DNA of 63,959 bases, filler included, from Thermodesulfobacteriota bacterium (GTDB lineage Bacteria; DASVDK01): the NCBI GenBank assembly GCA_036381125.1. It is 5 parts of 5 records of this genome, joined end to end, with 100 filler letters (N's around TTAATTAATTAA, not from the genome) between each part and the next. Parts side by side here need not be neighbours in the genome. Positions count along the whole stretch, not along the records: positions 55,266 to 63,959 come from DASVDK010000030.1; 4 more parts are not named here. The stretch is one strand, 5' to 3'. Made by a program: the position numbers and the translations under genes. Positions 62,881-63,959 of this stretch are shown here, in pieces. The first letter of the stretch is position 1. Each line of letters begins with the position of its first letter. The notes below the pieces were generated by a model that ran no database searches, was not told where the DNA came from, and worked only from the letters and a program-made list of their open reading frames with translations.

Positions 62881-63531
62881 GTGGACGAAACCAAGCAGAC
62901 CTGTATAGCACCCGGACGCCTCCCGCGCAACATCCCCCGGTTCCTCGCCGGCGGGCTCCTCGCGGCGGTGGTCCTGTCGGGCGCGCTCCTCGCCCTGTAC
63001 AGCGACTTCGTGGCCGCGTTCGATCGGCCGGCGGCCGAGGCGCCGCCCGAGGTGGACCTCATCGTCGTCCTCTCCGGGGGAGCCGGGCGCCTCGACGAGG
63101 GGTTGCGGCTCCTCGAGGAGGGGCGGGCGCCGCTCCTCTACCTCGTGGGGTTCCAGTCGGGGGCCGTGGCGAGCCGGCTCGCCGCCGACCCGGTGGCCTC
63201 CGGCCTCGCCAGGGCCGGGCGGATCCTCGTCGAGCCTCGCTCGGGGAGCACGCTCGAGGACGCCGAGCGGACGCGGGTCGCCGTGGCGCGGCACCGGGCG
63301 CGCGCGATCCTGCTGATCACGTCCGTGTACCACCTGCAGCGGGCGGAGTTGACCTTCCGGACGATCCTGCCGCCGTCCGTGGCGGTGTACGGCCGGCCCG
63401 TCCGCTCGGCGGCGTTCCGGGGGCACGGCTGGCGCGAGGACGAGCCGAGCCGGCGCCTCGTCGTCGGCGAGTTCCTCAAGTACCTCTTCTATCGCGTGCG
63501 CCTTTCCCTCTACACCCCTGCCGAACCGTAG
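62881..63531 (+). CDS. YdcF/DUF218 (ElyC/SanA-like) family protein
   Basis: TM helix, [33 protein letters not shown]; start uncertain. Confidence 0.85.
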   Translation: MDETKQTCIAPGRLPRNIPRFLAGGLLAAVVLSGALLALYSDFVAAFDRPAAEAPPEVDLIVVLSGGAGRLDEGLRLLEEGRAPLLYLVGFQSGAVASRLAADPVASGLARAGRILVEPRSGSTLEDAERTRVAVARHRARAILLITSVYHLQRAELTFRTILPPSVAVYGRPVRSAAFRGHGWREDEPSRRLVVGEFLKYLFYRVRLSLYTPAEP

Positions 63532-63554
63532 CGGAGGGGACCCGGCTCCTGCGC

Positions 63555-63708
63555 TCACGTGCCGCCCACGCGCCGGCGTCCCGGCGCTCCGGCCTTCGGC
63601 CGGGGGCCGCTGACGCGGGGGTGACGACCGGCGCCTGTCATCACGTGCCTCCCGGGCACCGCTCTGCCGGCGCTCCGGCCTTCGGCCGGGCCCCCGCTTC
63701 GCGGGGGC
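63555..63708. repeat. Two degenerate direct repeats (86-nt period) with hairpins
   Basis: TCACGTGCC at 63555 and 63641; CCGGCGCTCCGGCCTTCGGCCGGG at 63581 and 63667; GCCCCCGC-TTC-GCGGGGGC at 63690. Confidence 0.7.
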
Positions 63709-63812
63709 GCATTCTCGCTACTTGCCAGCGGGGAACCGGGGTGTGCCGGGGTGGGTTAGTCTCCCGAGGGTTCCAGCGGGCCCGCCTTTCGGAGGAGTGA
63801 GGGGGACCGACC

Positions 63813-63959
63813 ATGTCCGCTTGCGTTCGCGCGGCCGCCGTTGCCGCGCTCGTCGCGCCCGTCCTGCTCGCGACGTCGCTCGCCGCGGCAGCAACCAGTC
63901 GCTCCATCCACGTGAAGCTCGAGGGCGAGCAGGAGGTCCCGGTCATCTCGACCGGCGCC
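63813..63959 (+). CDS. Secreted CHRD-domain protein, N-terminal part (runs off the window)
   Basis: Signal peptide, then KLEGEQEVPVISTGA. Confidence 0.7.
   Translation, partial: MSACVRAAAVAALVAPVLLATSLAAAATSRSIHVKLEGEQEVPVISTGA

Noticed and set aside
63555-63708. Possible CRISPR mini-array
   Set aside because: Only two units, the intervening sequence is partly repeated, and no cas genes are present.

Overview
High-GC (roughly 70%) Gram-negative bacterial DNA. It carries LPS heptose genes and a Deltaproteobacteria-like rpoZ, but the exact lineage cannot be determined from the sequence. The window is five contigs joined by four artificial 100-nt N/TTAATTAATTAA/N linkers, so adjacency across linkers means nothing. 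Contig 1: a GntR - 3x MmgE/PrpD - TctCBA - aconitase catabolic operon, plus an Rdx-type CxxU selenoprotein missed by the ORF track. Contig 2: sensor, AtuA, amidase, Liv-type ABC transporter, and GntR-SBP-PrpD. Contig 3: Dps, a hybrid kinase, and a decaying metal/redox island with a PCYCGC-family gene carrying an in-frame UGA plus SECIS-like hairpin, chr genes, many internally deleted genes and an IS5. Contig 4: Cpo, cyclase, tldD/pmbA, a non-canonical PolX, moeA and a mobile hotspot. Contig 5: LPS genes, yicC-gmk-rpoZ-rel, rpmB. The main discovery is a 0.5-kb non-autonomous IS110 element (47832-48338). It keeps a bridge-RNA-like region whose four guide segments match its own ends and its insertion site, and it keeps a split TTGACA-17-TATCTT junction promoter. 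It is inserted into one arm of a REP palindrome (GGGGTCAGGTCT...AGACCTGACCCC) beside a RAYT-like HUH transposase remnant. The second highlight is the putative PCYCGC-family UxxC selenoprotein. All family assignments come from motif recognition by eye; no database searches were run.
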